Under the pieces are notes generated by a model. The model had not been told where the DNA came from, did no database searches, and saw only the letters and a list, made by a program, of their open reading frames with translations. The translations under genes and the position numbers were made by a program. Shown here piece by piece: positions 50,941-63,200 of a stretch of 64,000 nt of DNA; the first letter of the stretch is position 1, and every line of letters starts with the position of its first letter. Source of the stretch: Leptogorgia sarmentosa. Its lineage: Eukaryota. The stretch is taken from the NCBI GenBank assembly GCA_964658305.1, contig OZ210885.1, positions 20,150,001 through 20,214,000 of the forward strand, read 5' to 3'.

Positions 50941-53445
50941 ATGGAGGCATACTTATCTAGTGTTTACCATAACCCAAAACGATCTGGGGGATATGGTGGG
51001 GTAGAACGATTATACAATGACGTGTCATTGTCGGAGGTGTTGACGAGTTGTGGCAGATGGATTTAGCTGACATGCAGCCTTTGGCGAGTGAAAACGATGG
51101 ATTCCGATACCTGCTCGTATGCATTGATGTATTCTCAAAATTTGCATGGATTATACCCTTAAAAACTAAAACAGGACCTGCTTTGGTAGAAGCTTTTAAA
51201 GTGATTTTGGAATCGGGACAAAAACCTCAGAAAATTCAAACGGATCAGGGAACAGAAATTTTCAATAGACCCTTTAAAGCACTAATAAAACAAGAAGACA
51301 TACAACTTTATAATACTTACAATGAAACAAAAGCATTGGTTGTGGAGCGCCTCATTCGTACTTTGAAAACAAAAATGTGGCGCTTTTTTACAGCTAAGAA
51401 AACACGTAGGTACATTGACATGCTGGACAAATTAGCGTACTCATATAATCATAGCAAACATCGTAGCATTAAGAAAAAATCTGTAAATGTCACCATAGAA
51501 AACGAGCAAGAAGTATGGCACACCCTATACGGTGATCGCCCATCACGTAAGAAAAAAGTAAAGTATAAGTTCTTTATAGGTGATCAGGTATGCATAAGTA
51601 AAATGAAGCGTAAATTTGAAAAGGGTTATCTTCCTAATTTTTCAAAAGAAATTTTTACCGTAAGCAAACAAATACCTCGATATCCAGCAGTGTATAAACT
51701 AAAAGACTATGATCAAGAGGAACTTGACGAGACATTTTACAAAGAGGAGTTATTAAAGTGTATATGAAATGAAAATTTCGAATTTTTTTTTCTTACATAA
51801 TCTGAAAATTTCATCTTTTGCGAGCATATTAATACCAATCTTGTTGAAAACTTCGAACCAGAAGTTTGCGAATTTTACGTTCAAAGTTGGGCTGTGAGAC
51901 ATGTTACCTGATGAAATTCCTGCGCGGCCAAAAGGTCGTTATGACGTATGCAGTGTGACACAGTGCGCTTTTCCTATATGTAAATACTATAAACAATGCT
52001 AACTCAACTGTGTTAAACTTGAAATTTCTTATAGTTGAGGAAAATTCAGACATATCTGTGTCGAGTATATCCGATTCTATGGCTCAAATAACGATAGGAA
52101 TACGACAAGTCATGTTAAATGGACTGCAGAAATACGAACGTAATCGTAGATTTCGCTTATACAGATCAACATAATTTATGCTGTTGAGATCTTACTTGTG
52201 GCGTATGGTGAATATTTTTGAGAAAAAAAGGGTTATTCCAGACAACTGGATACAATTAAGATTTATACAGTCCGCGTGTACTAGACTGGAGAGCCAAAAC
52301 AAAATCGAAGTAAACGAAAAGTATACCGGAACGCAATATTGTATACCACATATACACCTAGGAAATATGAGTACCTCTTTGCCGCACGACATATTAAAAT
52401 AGTTTAAATGCTTCAGTTTAGCTTTCATTTGTGTTATGATTTCATCTATTTGCGGTTGCTGAAACGTGCCGTATATATATCCTGTTTAATGCGCGCAATT
52501 TATTCCTTTGCCACTGGAATACCAAAAGGGCAGTTGCCAATGGAACACGGCCTGTCCGCAAAACGATTAACCAAGCTGGTACATTGTCCATCTTTATTAA
52601 GAATAATCTGAACAATAGAATACAACCCTGATAGAATACAAGTCTTGGAATCGCACGTTTTGCTTTTTGGTTCAAGATAATTTCCCCTGTCTTATCAGGT
52701 ATAAAAGCCTTTGGCCTGCACTGACTGCAGTCAGCTGTATTTTATACCTTGTTCGTAACTGCTGGGTGCGTCATGAGACGATATACCCAGTGCGTATAAT
52801 TTTTGGCCATGCATTCGAAAATCAAGAATCTCTTTACAAAGTCTCTCTATAGCATTACTTTCTCACTTCAAAGGTTATTCCGCAAAATATAGACCACCAA
52901 TCCCGCCGGTTTTGTTGTGGTTTTGTCTACCTTATAGTTTTAATACCGTAACTGGCTCCACCTGTATATTGTACAACAGACGATGGTTTAACAACGTCCT
53001 TGTTATTTGTTGCTTGTTCTGTATCTCTCTGAGATTAAAATCTTCCATTACTGAACACGTTTCGCATTTAGAAGAAGAAATATACAAGCTAATGTCTTGT
53101 GATCGGTGAATTTTGTTGGTATTTATTATGTCTTACTACGGTGTGTCACACTGCCCATGTCTTATAGCCCAACTTTGAACGTAAAATTCACAAACTTCTC
53201 GTTCGAAATTTTCTACAAGATTGGTATCAAAATGCTCGGGAAAGATGGAATTTTCAGATCATGTAAAAAAAAAAAATTCGAAATTTTCATTTCATATACA
53301 CTTTAAGGAAGATGATGTGTATGAAGTAGAAGAGGTTTTAAAAAAGAAAGGTAGAGGAAAGAATGAGCAATACTTTGTAAAATGGTTAGGATATCCATCG
53401 AAATTCAATTCATGGATACCTGCATCTCAATTAAAAAATATTTAA
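50941..53445 (+). pseudogene. Polinton RVE integrase with C-terminal chromodomain, interrupted
   Basis: WQMDLADM, IDVFSK, IQTDQGTE, VERLIRTLK, FEKGYLPNFSKEIF; chromodomain YEVEEVL..YFVKWLGYPSKFNSWI after the 51757-53302 insertion. Confidence 0.92.
51757..53302. mobile_element. Non-autonomous Kolobok-type element, TTAA TSD, ~150-bp TIRs
   Basis: TTAA|AGTGTATATGAAATGAAAATTTCGAA ... TTCGAAATTTTCATTTCATATACACT|TTAA; terminus resembles the 20753 Kolobok TIR. Confidence 0.9.
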
Positions 53446-53495
53446 AAAGCAATTTTTGTGTGTGTTTTTGTCATTTGTGATCTAACGTTTTAATC

Positions 53496-54253
53496 ATGAG
53501 CACTACGGAAAATGCTTCTGATTTTTACATTACACTACCAGGTAACACATCTTCAGACTTTTTTCCTAATAATACCACATCGGACTATATGACAAAGTTA
53601 ACCCGTCGTATTCAGCTAAACGGTGAGTGGGAAGCTGCGTTACATTCTATATCCTATGTGAAATGGAATACAATAAAATTAAATGGGGAATCTATACATT
53701 ATGTGGTAAATGGTACTAAAAAAACAGGATCACCATTAAAGGATTACTATACAACCGTTAAGGAATATGTCGCAGATGTCAATGCATCTATTCCTGAAGA
53801 GGATAAGGGAAAAATTACGTTTACTACCCACATTGGAAAGTTACCGTTACATTAAAAAGTGGGTACGAAGTTCATTTACGTAAAGAGCAGGCTATTATTC
53901 TCAGTTTTCTTACGTTTGATGATCCTGATATTGTTAAAAAGATAATTTCTACGGAAACGGGAAATCATGAAGCAAATTTACATCGTGAAACAAACATTTA
54001 CGTTTACTGTGATATTGTTCACCTGCAAATTGTTGGAAACCAAACAGTTCCGTTATTGGATATTCTATGGGATGAAGGAAAAGAGAAACGTGAAACGACG
54101 TACTTTACAAAAAACCTACACTACGTACCTGTTCGTATAAAATCATTTGAAGAAGTAAAGGTTCTTTTAAGGAGTAGCACAAATGAACATATCTCATTTG
54201 AGCACGGACATACATCGATAACACTACACTTTCGACAAAAGAGTTACTTTTAA
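53496..54253 (+). pseudogene. Minor capsid protein (penton-like), frameshifted
   Basis: FYITLPGNTS..FFPNNT.S.Y..L...I.L.GEWE.AL..ISY; IYVYCDIV...VG....PLL; HYVPV; ITLHFR. Confidence 0.82.
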
Positions 54254-54256
54254 AGA

Positions 54257-54793
54257 ATGACTCAACTGGGTTATGGGGTAGGAGGTATATTTCGTAGTAG
54301 AAGCATTGCTGCAACAGGAGCAAAGCTTAAACCTATTTTGGGGGAGATTGGTAGAATTGGTGTGACCGTAGGAGCTGATTTGTTAAAAAACATGGTAGCC
54401 GGCGTAGTTGATGGTAAATCAGTAAAAGAAGCAGCACGAGAGAGTGGAAAACAAGCAGGGAAACATTCAATAGATCTTGTAGGGAAAAGAGCAGTGGAGG
54501 CCTTGAAAGCACCACCTAAACCTAAGCCTGTGGTGACACCAATGGTTGTAAAACGACCAAGATCACAATCAGCACCTAAAAAAAGAAAAAAGCAAAAAAA
54601 GTCTCAAAAAGGAGGTAGAAGGAAAAGGCTATACAAACCAATTTGGTTTCAAACTGGTGGAGAGAGCACAGGGGGTCAGCGTAAAAAGAGAAGAGGTGTA
54701 TGTAGAAATGGAAAAGCTGTAGGTGTTGTGTTTCCAAGAGCAATGACGTCAAAGCAAAAAAAGTCTTTACCTGCAAAGGATATATTTGGTTAA
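54257..54793 (+). CDS. Basic Polinton core/membrane-active-like virion protein (178 aa)
   Basis: QLGYGVGGIFRS, amphipathic segment, Lys/Arg-rich tail ending DIFG; lies between penton and MCP. Confidence 0.7.
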   Translation: MTQLGYGVGGIFRSRSIAATGAKLKPILGEIGRIGVTVGADLLKNMVAGVVDGKSVKEAARESGKQAGKHSIDLVGKRAVEALKAPPKPKPVVTPMVVKRPRSQSAPKKRKKQKKSQKGGRRKRLYKPIWFQTGGESTGGQRKKRRGVCRNGKAVGVVFPRAMTSKQKKSLPAKDIFG

Positions 54794-54850
54794 ATAAAGA
54801 AAAAGTATTCACATTTAGTTTGACATTGAATCAGAGAAGAGGTCTTCAAA

Positions 54851-56268
54851 ATGAGTTACGTACACAATAATTCAAAACGTTGTGGTAAAACAGAAGTTGA
54901 ATTGTTTAACATCCCACCCACACAAACAAGTTTGGAAAAAAGTCGGTGGGTTGAATACCACCCTCTTTCAAGTGTTGAAAATGATGAGAGACCCATTACA
55001 TTTCTGGTTACCGGTGACGATGACTATATTGACCTGTCCAAAACAATTTTGGTTGTTGAGGGAAAAGTGGTAAAGGCTAACGGTGATAATTTAGACGGTA
55101 ATGAGCAAGCGAGTATTGCCCCAGTCAACAACTTTTTACACACTGGATTTAAACAAGTTGATGTGTACATGAATGGGAAACAAGTAACACCTGCCATCGG
55201 AACCTACCCCTACCGTGCCTATTTTGAAACATTGTTGAATTATGATGTTACTGCCAAACAATCACAGTTTACGTCAGCACTGTACTACAAGGATACCCCC
55301 GGAGAAATGGATAATGCAGGAAGTCTTCCCTCAGAGAAAACATTGACCTACGTCACAGGACATAGCAGCAGCGGATCACCGCAAACCAACAATAAAAAAA
55401 TGATGGTACCTGGAAGTGGAAATCAAGGTTTTGCCAAAAACATCAGTTCATACGGGATGGAAAGCTTCTCACTACGGAGGGACCCCTTTTTGTTGACGCG
55501 TTTATGAGTGATCGTCTCTTATTGGATAAGGTGAATGTTAAATTGATTCTCAACCGAAGTGCCGATCAGTTCTGTCTGATTGACAAAAACACAGTTCCTA
55601 TTGGTGCCAAAGTGAAGTTAACCGATGTTATCCTTAAAGTACGTAAAGTCAAAGTGAGCCAAGCGGTTCAAGCAGCTCATGCAGCTGCACTAAAGAGGGT
55701 ACCAGCTATTTACCCTACACGTCGTGTTGAATGCAAGGCGTTTGTTGTACCTGGAAACATTCCATCTATAAGAAAAGATAACATTTTTACGGGTACCATA
55801 CCAAAAACATCTGTGTGTGGCCTTGTGGAGGCTACGGCTTTCAATGGAAACTATGGAAAAAACCCGTTTAATTTCAAAAATTATGATGTAACGTCGGTGA
55901 CACTTACAGTAAACGGAGAAGAGTTACCCTTCAAACAATTCAATCTGAATTACGAAAACAACAAAGAAAATTACACGCAAGCATTTGGTACTTTGTTCTC
56001 CGGTACCGGAAAGATGAATTACAACACAGGACTCAATATATCCCGAGAAGATTACCCTAAAGGGTACACCATTTATGGCTTTGATCTAACCCCTGACATG
56101 TGTGGTTCCTCTCCCTATTTTAATGCTGTACAACACGGTGCACTGATAATTGACATCACGTTCACCACTGCACCAACCACTGCTCTTGCTTTGGTATGCT
56201 ACGGAGATTTTGAAAATATTATACAAATTGATGGTGACAGAAATGTAATGTATGACATGTCGTCATGA
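54851..56268 (+). pseudogene. Double jelly-roll major capsid protein, one frameshift (~55435)
   Basis: ELFNIPPTQTS..WVEYHP; YIDLSKT; PVNNFLH; YPYRAYFETLL; KNPFNF; GYTIYGFDLTPD. Confidence 0.92.
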
Positions 56269-56843
56269 ATACCCAACAAATTGAGCGTGCCTTGGAACAT
56301 AATTCAAAAACATCAAAGAGGTTTTGTGGAGTGTTTCCTGCTGACCAACTACCAAAATCCTTAAGCACATTCCCCTGTGGGTTTGTGGCTAATACGGACC
56401 CATCTACGAAACCGGGAACGCATTGGGTGGTATTTTACTTTCCCACATATAATACAGGAGAATTTTTTGACAGTTATGGACAAACACCTGAACATTACAA
56501 CGAATCTTTTAAAACTTATTTTAAACCTTATGAATGGAAACATAATACACAAAAATTACAAAGTTCATGGACTGAAGTGTGTGGGCAATACTGTATTTTT
56601 TACTTATATCAGAGAGCTTGTGGTCGTAATATGAATGAAATTGTAAATATGTTTGGAAATAATGCGTTGTTGAACGATAAAAACGTATCTTGTTATGTTA
56701 AAAAGTATTTTGATATTACTAACAAACCCATTTGTGGGCTTAGTCAATGTTGTAAAAGATTGCTTCAAATAAAAAATCAGCTTTTCAAAAAGTGTTTTAT
56801 TCATTTTAACAATAATTATTTACAAAAAAGTTATCCTTTATAA
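56265..56843 (+). CDS. Adenain-like cysteine (maturation) protease
   Basis: F.GVFPAD.LP; NTD....PGTHW; FFDSYG; LQ....VCGQYC (His-Asp-Cys triad). Confidence 0.92.
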   Translation: MNTQQIERALEHNSKTSKRFCGVFPADQLPKSLSTFPCGFVANTDPSTKPGTHWVVFYFPTYNTGEFFDSYGQTPEHYNESFKTYFKPYEWKHNTQKLQSSWTEVCGQYCIFYLYQRACGRNMNEIVNMFGNNALLNDKNVSCYVKKYFDITNKPICGLSQCCKRLLQIKNQLFKKCFIHFNNNYLQKSYPL

Positions 56844-57485
56844 CATTCCCATTTGGGTAGTTTTTCCCCTCGACCTCTTTGTCGTTTTTTTCGCTTTTTT
56901 CCTTCTTTCTCTTTTTACCATATATCTCGCTCCGCTTGTTGCTGCTTTATTTGCTATGTGAAAGATTGTGTCTGAGAGTTCCAAAAATGATCCACCACCA
57001 AATCCTCCTTTTTGTGTTAAGGGTTTTTTACGTTTATTCATGGATTCTTCATTTCTTACAAGATCTCTAGGTACATTTAAATTATTTAATACGTTAAAAA
57101 ATTCTTGCGAGGCTATAGGATTAAAGTTTTTGCGTGATCTCATAGCACTGGAGATCAAATCCGAGATATTTGATTTCGGTATAAAGACTCCATCTATTTT
57201 GACTTGGCCCATATCATCCCAGGAAATAACGTCTGGTCTTGCTTTCAGTCGTTCCAATAGAGCACTAGCCCGGGTTCTCATAGTCTTTGGAATTCCCCGG
57301 ACAATAATATCATCTGATAACTCCCTTTCCTCTTCTTTTTTTCCATAACCATACTGTGGCGTAGGTGGTGTAGTCCACCCAGTGGATGTATAGGGTGTAA
57401 TATTTATATATGGGTGTGTTCCACCTCCTTTTTGTTGTTCATATTGCATAAGCTTTTCTTCGGGAACCAAAACCATGCGCTTCAT
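56838..57485 (-). CDS. Polinton hypothetical protein (215 aa)
   Basis: MKRMVLVP; ISWDDMGQVKIDG..I..SNISDLI; QxGG/QxGxG motifs. Confidence 0.72.
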   Translation of the reverse strand: MKRMVLVPEEKLMQYEQQKGGGTHPYINITPYTSTGWTTPPTPQYGYGKKEEERELSDDIIVRGIPKTMRTRASALLERLKARPDVISWDDMGQVKIDGVFIPKSNISDLISSAMRSRKNFNPIASQEFFNVLNNLNVPRDLVRNEESMNKRKKPLTQKGGFGGGSFLELSDTIFHIANKAATSGARYMVKRERRKKAKKTTKRSRGKTTQMGML

Positions 57486-57835
57486 GATCGACCAGTAATT
57501 GCAGCAATAGCCAAAGGTACGAGTATTGACGCTAAAACAGAACCACCACCACCACCTTTTTGTGTAAGAAACCTTCTTTTTGCTTTTTCCGATACTCTGT
57601 TACTTGCTAGTTCACGGAGCCTGTTTTTGTAGCGAGCCAAACGTTTCTTCTGACTTGGGGATATTTTTATAGCCCCTTTAAGTACGTTTAAAATAATTTC
57701 GGAAATAGCTTCAATCAAATCCGCGGGAGCGTGCTCAAGAATAGCGTTTTGCAAAGCTGGTTTTGATGTTGCTAATGTCTGAAGGAGCGGTAGGGTTCTT
57801 TTCACATACGAAGACATCCTATAAATGACTAACAA
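57482..57835 (-). CDS. Polinton small protein ending QKGG + hydrophobic tail
   Basis: AISEIILNVLKG.I...QKKRL..YK..LR.LA...QKGGGG..LASILVPL. Confidence 0.72.
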   Translation of the reverse strand: MLVIYRMSSYVKRTLPLLQTLATSKPALQNAILEHAPADLIEAISEIILNVLKGAIKISPSQKKRLARYKNRLRELASNRVSEKAKRRFLTQKGGGGGSVLASILVPLAIAAITGRS

Positions 57836-57843
57836 CCCCTAGG

Positions 57844-58545
57844 TTATCCCCTTTGTATACCATTCACAACAAGATTAAGAAGCACATCAACATCCACAGG
57901 AATATTTATGTTCGGATTTACAGTAAACGTCATTTCGGTAACAATGTCTTCCTTAAGAGGAACCACAGGATGATTTTTGTTAAAACTGGAAACGGTGGAG
58001 TTTAAATGTGTACCAGGAGGTATGGGTAAATAGGCAATGTTTGTGTTTCTGTTTCCGTCTGTGTCAACATTTTTAAGTGGATTTGCAAGATCACATGTAA
58101 CCTTTAGGTATCTTAATCCGCGATTAACGTCAACTGGTTTTGGTGATCTGGCAACTGTATTTTGAGGTATGCTTGTATCAGCAGGAAATCCCAATAGTTC
58201 TCCAAGGTTTTTTAAGTTTACGGGTTTATCATTTTCATTTTCGATATCACACGTATTATCGTGTATGTTTGCAGTAAGATTGATTTTATCTATTTTCAAC
58301 CGCTCTTTAATGAGTTCAAAATCCCAATACCCCACACCGATTTCTTTTTCACTACCATCAACAGTGTATTTATTATTTGCAGATGTAACATTTTTGAACT
58401 TCCAAAAGACTGTTGCTCGTTTTAGTTGTATTGTAGTACCATTTCGTGTTAAAAAAGGTTCATTTAATGTTAATTTCTTTGTACCCCCAGTAACAAATAC
58501 GGTAATGTTTCTCGATGTCATTATCGTACACAACGTATCACACAA
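57844..58545 (-). CDS. Second putative minor capsid/penton-like protein (233 aa)
   Basis: Beta-rich; LGELLGF..DVNRGLRYLKVTCDL resembles the penton LSF...IYVYCD region at ~53900-54015. Confidence 0.55.
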   Translation of the reverse strand: MCDTLCTIMTSRNITVFVTGGTKKLTLNEPFLTRNGTTIQLKRATVFWKFKNVTSANNKYTVDGSEKEIGVGYWDFELIKERLKIDKINLTANIHDNTCDIENENDKPVNLKNLGELLGFPADTSIPQNTVARSPKPVDVNRGLRYLKVTCDLANPLKNVDTDGNRNTNIAYLPIPPGTHLNSTVSSFNKNHPVVPLKEDIVTEMTFTVNPNINIPVDVDVLLNLVVNGIQRG

Positions 58546-58564
58546 ATGAATGTATGTTTTGTTT

Positions 58565-59193
58565 TTACTTTTTTATATACACAATTTGTCTTTCTCCAGG
58601 TAAAATATTTGTACGTAATCGTATATTTTCCGGAGTTTGTGGATGACAATCAATAAGTAAATAACTATGTGGTTGTTTCGTAGCATCTTGAAAGCAATCC
58701 ACCAAAAAATTGCTTTGTCTAGGATACATTTGTTTAGCTAGTGTTGCAATCGCAAGAGAATCACGTGGATTTTTAAACACAAAAATGTAATGACAATTTA
58801 AGCTAATGGTTCTCGATAATTTTCCTGGTGGAAATAGGTTCTGTGTGAGATATAATACAGAAATGCCTTTATGGTGAGAACCACACGTAAATAATCGGAA
58901 ACACGTTGATCTTTTGAACATTCTCCCATAAGATCATCCAATACCACAATAGAATTGTCATGTCCTCGGGTTAACTCATCCAAATTTGACGGAAATCCTT
59001 CGACCAAATCCACATTTTGTAGTTCTTCAAACTCTTTCTGATACTCCCCATAACAATAAATGATCTTTGTAGGAACGGGGTTAAATAATTCGTTTGAATG
59101 TTGTAGTAATTTATGAACCAAAAATGATTTTCCACTTTGACTTTGTCCCGACACGTAAAAATTAGCTGGTACTTTGAACCTTACATCCATCAC
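58565..59193 (-). pseudogene. A32/FtsK-type packaging ATPase, one frameshift
   Basis: Walker A GQSQSGKS, Walker B VVLDD, GSHH, YLTQN, RTISLN, FKNPRD. Confidence 0.92.
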
Positions 59194-59344
59194 GTCAATG
59201 TGTCTTATATTCCAAATCTGTTATGGTATCGTATTTTATAGTACAAATAACGTGCAGTAGTTTGCACTCTTTCCAATATTCTCCATCTGTTTGCAAATGT
59301 CCCAATGACATTTCCGATAATGTAACAATAGCATAGTACAGGGT

Positions 59345-59668
59345 CTAAGCGACGACACACATAGCGATGCAAAAATTGGTGTACGGTATTTGTACCAACG
59401 TGTAATTATCCAAAATGGATTTTTCTCTTTTGTACTTTGATAAATTAATGTTTTTCAAAACTGGAACTGTAAGTCGTGCTACATAGCGCGTTTTATTTTC
59501 GCTAAAATCCTGTAAATGTACTGCTGTCAGAAAACCCATCACGTGTCCAAACTTTTCGGGATGTATTTGCCTCCATACTATAAACAAATCCTCATACGAA
59601 AGTGTACCTAAAAAACTTTCATACACACTTTGATAATCATTGTATGTTTTATTAATAAAATAAGACAA
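59345..59668 (-). CDS. Polinton hypothetical protein (start probably degraded)
   Basis: 107-aa ORF downstream of TGCGGT repeats and TATAAG on the minus strand. Confidence 0.45.
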   Translation of the reverse strand: MSYFINKTYNDYQSVYESFLGTLSYEDLFIVWRQIHPEKFGHVMGFLTAVHLQDFSENKTRYVARLTVPVLKNINLSKYKREKSILDNYTLVQIPYTNFCIAMCVVA

Positions 59669-59802
59669 TCAATATCGATACCGCTCTTACGTAACTCATC
59701 AACTATCACATCCATAACGTAAATGGGTTTTATCATTTACATTACGCCTACTTATATGAAAAACCGCAGGTAAAAACCACAAGTAAAAAACCGCACGTAA
59801 AT

Positions 59803-60165
59803 ATGATATATAAAGAGAGAACTTGTTTACCTACTTCATTTACAAAAATGTGTTTCTGTGACGGAGAATACTTTGTTATTACCAACAAAACAACTGGTAG
59901 TGTACATTACGTGAATGGAGATGATGACATACATACCTTCTTCGAGGGTTTCTACTCTATTCCTCAGCTATTTCATCGCATGATAAAGAGAGAACAAATT
60001 CACTGGAAAGATAACTACTACACTTTAGCTGTCAATTCTCATCCTGAATGTGAACAACTAAGACGGACAATTGCAAAGTATGGGGATCAAAGTTTAAAAG
60101 ACGGCGGTTTTTGGGGAAAGTGTCCAGAAAAGTACCGACACATGTTACCAAAAGAGAGACAATAG
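59803..60165 (+). CDS. Polinton hypothetical protein (120 aa)
   Basis: Open ORF divergent from 59668; TATATAAA and TCATT before the ATG at 59848. Confidence 0.5.
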   Translation: MIYKERTCLPTSFTKMCFCDGEYFVITNKTTGSVHYVNGDDDIHTFFEGFYSIPQLFHRMIKREQIHWKDNYYTLAVNSHPECEQLRRTIAKYGDQSLKDGGFWGKCPEKYRHMLPKERQ

Positions 60166-60257
60166 ATGGTGTTCAAAAAATGTTTAACAAAATATATTTA
60201 CATTAAAACCCATAGGGTACTGTGTTCAAAAACAATGTTTAATAAAATATATTTACA

Positions 60258-63200
60258 TTAAAACCCATAGGGTAATGTTTCATAATTGTCTTTAATAACA
60301 CGTTTGTCATATACAATCCGATAATCCTTTTTCATCTTTTTTGTTACAATGTTTTTTTCCTTTTTATTTCTCGTAATTTAAAAAGGAATATTGATCGTGA
60401 CTTTCGCTTCAGCATCACATTCTGTATGTAAGTACACAAGCGAGCGAATAACGTCGGGGTTTATCTTTTGCAGTGTTGTATGATTCAAGGTAATTCCCCG
60501 TACTTTTGTTCCGACTTTCCTTTGGCTGTATGATATGCGTAATTCTTTGGTCCTCCCGATACAAACGTAGTAATATGGTCTCCGTCTAACTCGTCGGTTA
60601 AATCACCGAGATAATTTCCTAAAGGTGGTTCTGGTTCACCGGGCTTTGACACATATATAACCGAATCCGTATCGTAGTAAAGTACGCGTTCCTGTAGCAT
60701 GTCCAATAAACCGTAAAGTTTCAGACGGGCGTACGCCATGGTAAAAGCAGCAACAACCACATTCGCTTTGCTGTTTGGTTCCTTAAAATCACCAACGCTC
60801 TTGTATTGTACCTCAATCATGTTATCGCTAACTATTCGGGCATTGGACACTTCAAATTCGTCGGAGGTCAAAAGGTCAAAGTACTTTTGCGGTTCCGTTA
60901 TCATTTCTGTCTTGCCTAAATTTCCGCGCTGTCCAAATTTACCTAAACAAAAAATACAATTACCCAACAATATTATAAATATGAAAAGCAATATATTACT
61001 TACCCCAAAACAAGTTTAGCATGAGTTTGGCTAAAGTGCGCAAACCAGGATTGTGTGTAATCTTTTCCGGATCCAGTACAATTCCTTCATGCTCCAAATA
61101 TTCAGCAACGTATGCTTGCTTCTGTTCGGGTGTTGTGCGATCTTTCGGGTAACCGCTGGCTTCCTGTTTGATCTTTAAAAAGGTGTCCACATAGTTTTTA
61201 AATAACTCGTCGGATTGCTCCGGAAAATGCCACACCTCGTGTAGCTGTAGAATTCGGTACCCTTTTTCTATTGCCTTTAGTAACTCCACATGACACCACG
61301 TACCAAGAATAGCTCTCTCTCTTCATCAGAGTGGGTGCATGTAGTTTGGTTAGTGGTATCAACGCACGCTTTGCATAATGGGAAGGTTAATTTACCAGGA
61401 GTACGATAAGGTAAAACAGGATGAAACAATCCTCGGGGTGGTAACACAGTGCATTTTATAAGACCAAAGTATGCTGAAATGTCCTGAAAATTTTCAGTGA
61501 TAATTTCTGGGTGTCCTACTACCATTCTCGTTGACTTGTTACACCAAGGATACAAACTTGTAAAATCCACGTATTTTATTTTCTCTCCGTTCTCACATTT
61601 GTGAAATAACTGCGGCATTTGTGCAACCACCAAAAAATGCATCACGTGGCACATACGGCAGCATGCTTTACGATTTTCGAGACTCATTTCATTCGGATTA
61701 TAGTACGGTTCACACGGAATAGGCCCAATATAATTCTCATTTTCTTTCTTATTAAACAAATGAGGAAAATATCCTTTATGTAATTCATCCAATCCAAATG
61801 TCTTTGGAAATTTAGCAAGACCCATAGGAATAAAATTTAACGAGTCAATGAATCGTATGTTAAGCATAGGAACTGTCAGTGTTATAATCTTGGCTCCGCT
61901 CATGATAACGTCGTACTTCACTCCATTTTCGCTCAAATAATTTTGAATAAAATAACCGTCATATCCCTGAAAGTTATGAGCTAGGAACACGCAATTCTTA
62001 TGCTCTTTTGTAAACATTTACAAAAATCTAAATTTGTATTTTCTCCAGAAAAACACCATTCATCCCCCATTTCATTTTGTACAATGCATAGATTTGGTTC
62101 GTGAATTCCATTCTCTTGCTGACACTCATAGTCAAAGAAGAACAACTGATCATAGCTTTCCTTCTCCCCCTCTTTTTCCTTTGGTTTTTTCATGTAACAA
62201 TGATGTACATCCTTATTACCAACAAGCTCTCCCCACACGTTTTGCATTTTGTTTGTTGGCATAGATGATCTGGTAGGTGGTGAATTCTCATTGATTTTCC
62301 ACATTTCAAACACTTTTTCATTTGTTGACATACAGATTGACCATTTTCTATAGGGTTTTTATGTCTATCAAAACACGATTGGCTCTTAAACACCCGTCTA
62401 CAATCCGTACAGCTTCTTGGATCAATCCATGAACAATCTAAACCACGACACATTTTGCACTGGCTATCACATAAATGATCCACTGTATGATCATAAGGTT
62501 TTCTGCACATGTGGCAAAAATAACCCCGACTTAAAAATGCAGGCATTGACGTAATAACATCATAGTGGTTATTATGTAAGTACAAATAAATACATTTCGC
62601 TTCCGTAGCAACGGGTTGTTATGGGTGTATAATTGTATCTCCGGCGTCCATCGAAACAATGTTTATTTCATACCCCGTCAAATATTTCTGGAACTGTTTC
62701 ACCTCGGAAATCCCGCACGATCCTAAAGGGACGCCCGCCTTTTCATGTAAATCCTGTGCTGCTTTCCCCTGCGCAGGCCTACGGGAATCCGCTAATAACT
62801 TGTACCTTTTGTCTTTATCAATTTTTGCAATAGCAACCACCAAAGCTCGGGCTAAACATAAATTGTCTTTGTTCTTAATGACCACCATCGATCTCTTATG
62901 TAAATAACTCAGTAAATCAATATCATTACGTCCTTTTCTTCTTCCGCTACCGTTTGGCATCTCGACGTGTACAATATCAACAATAGCTGACTCGTTTAAA
63001 CGTAACTCCTGTTTGGATTGTACAACACGTTCAATTTGAGAAAAAACATGTTCAGGTGTCAGACGTGAAACAGGCATAAACGGTAGTGATATTGGTTTAT
63101 CCAACTGATCCGTACGCAAAACAAATCGAATCAAATCGCTTTCCTGCATTCCTTCCGTAACATCGGTAAGTAGTTGCTCAAAAATTTGTTGTGTACGTTC

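Noticed and set aside
60189..60274. Duplicated 31-bp block at the pPolB 3' end as a mobile element boundary
   Set aside because: Simple 55-bp-period tandem duplication between converging genes; no TIR or TSD.
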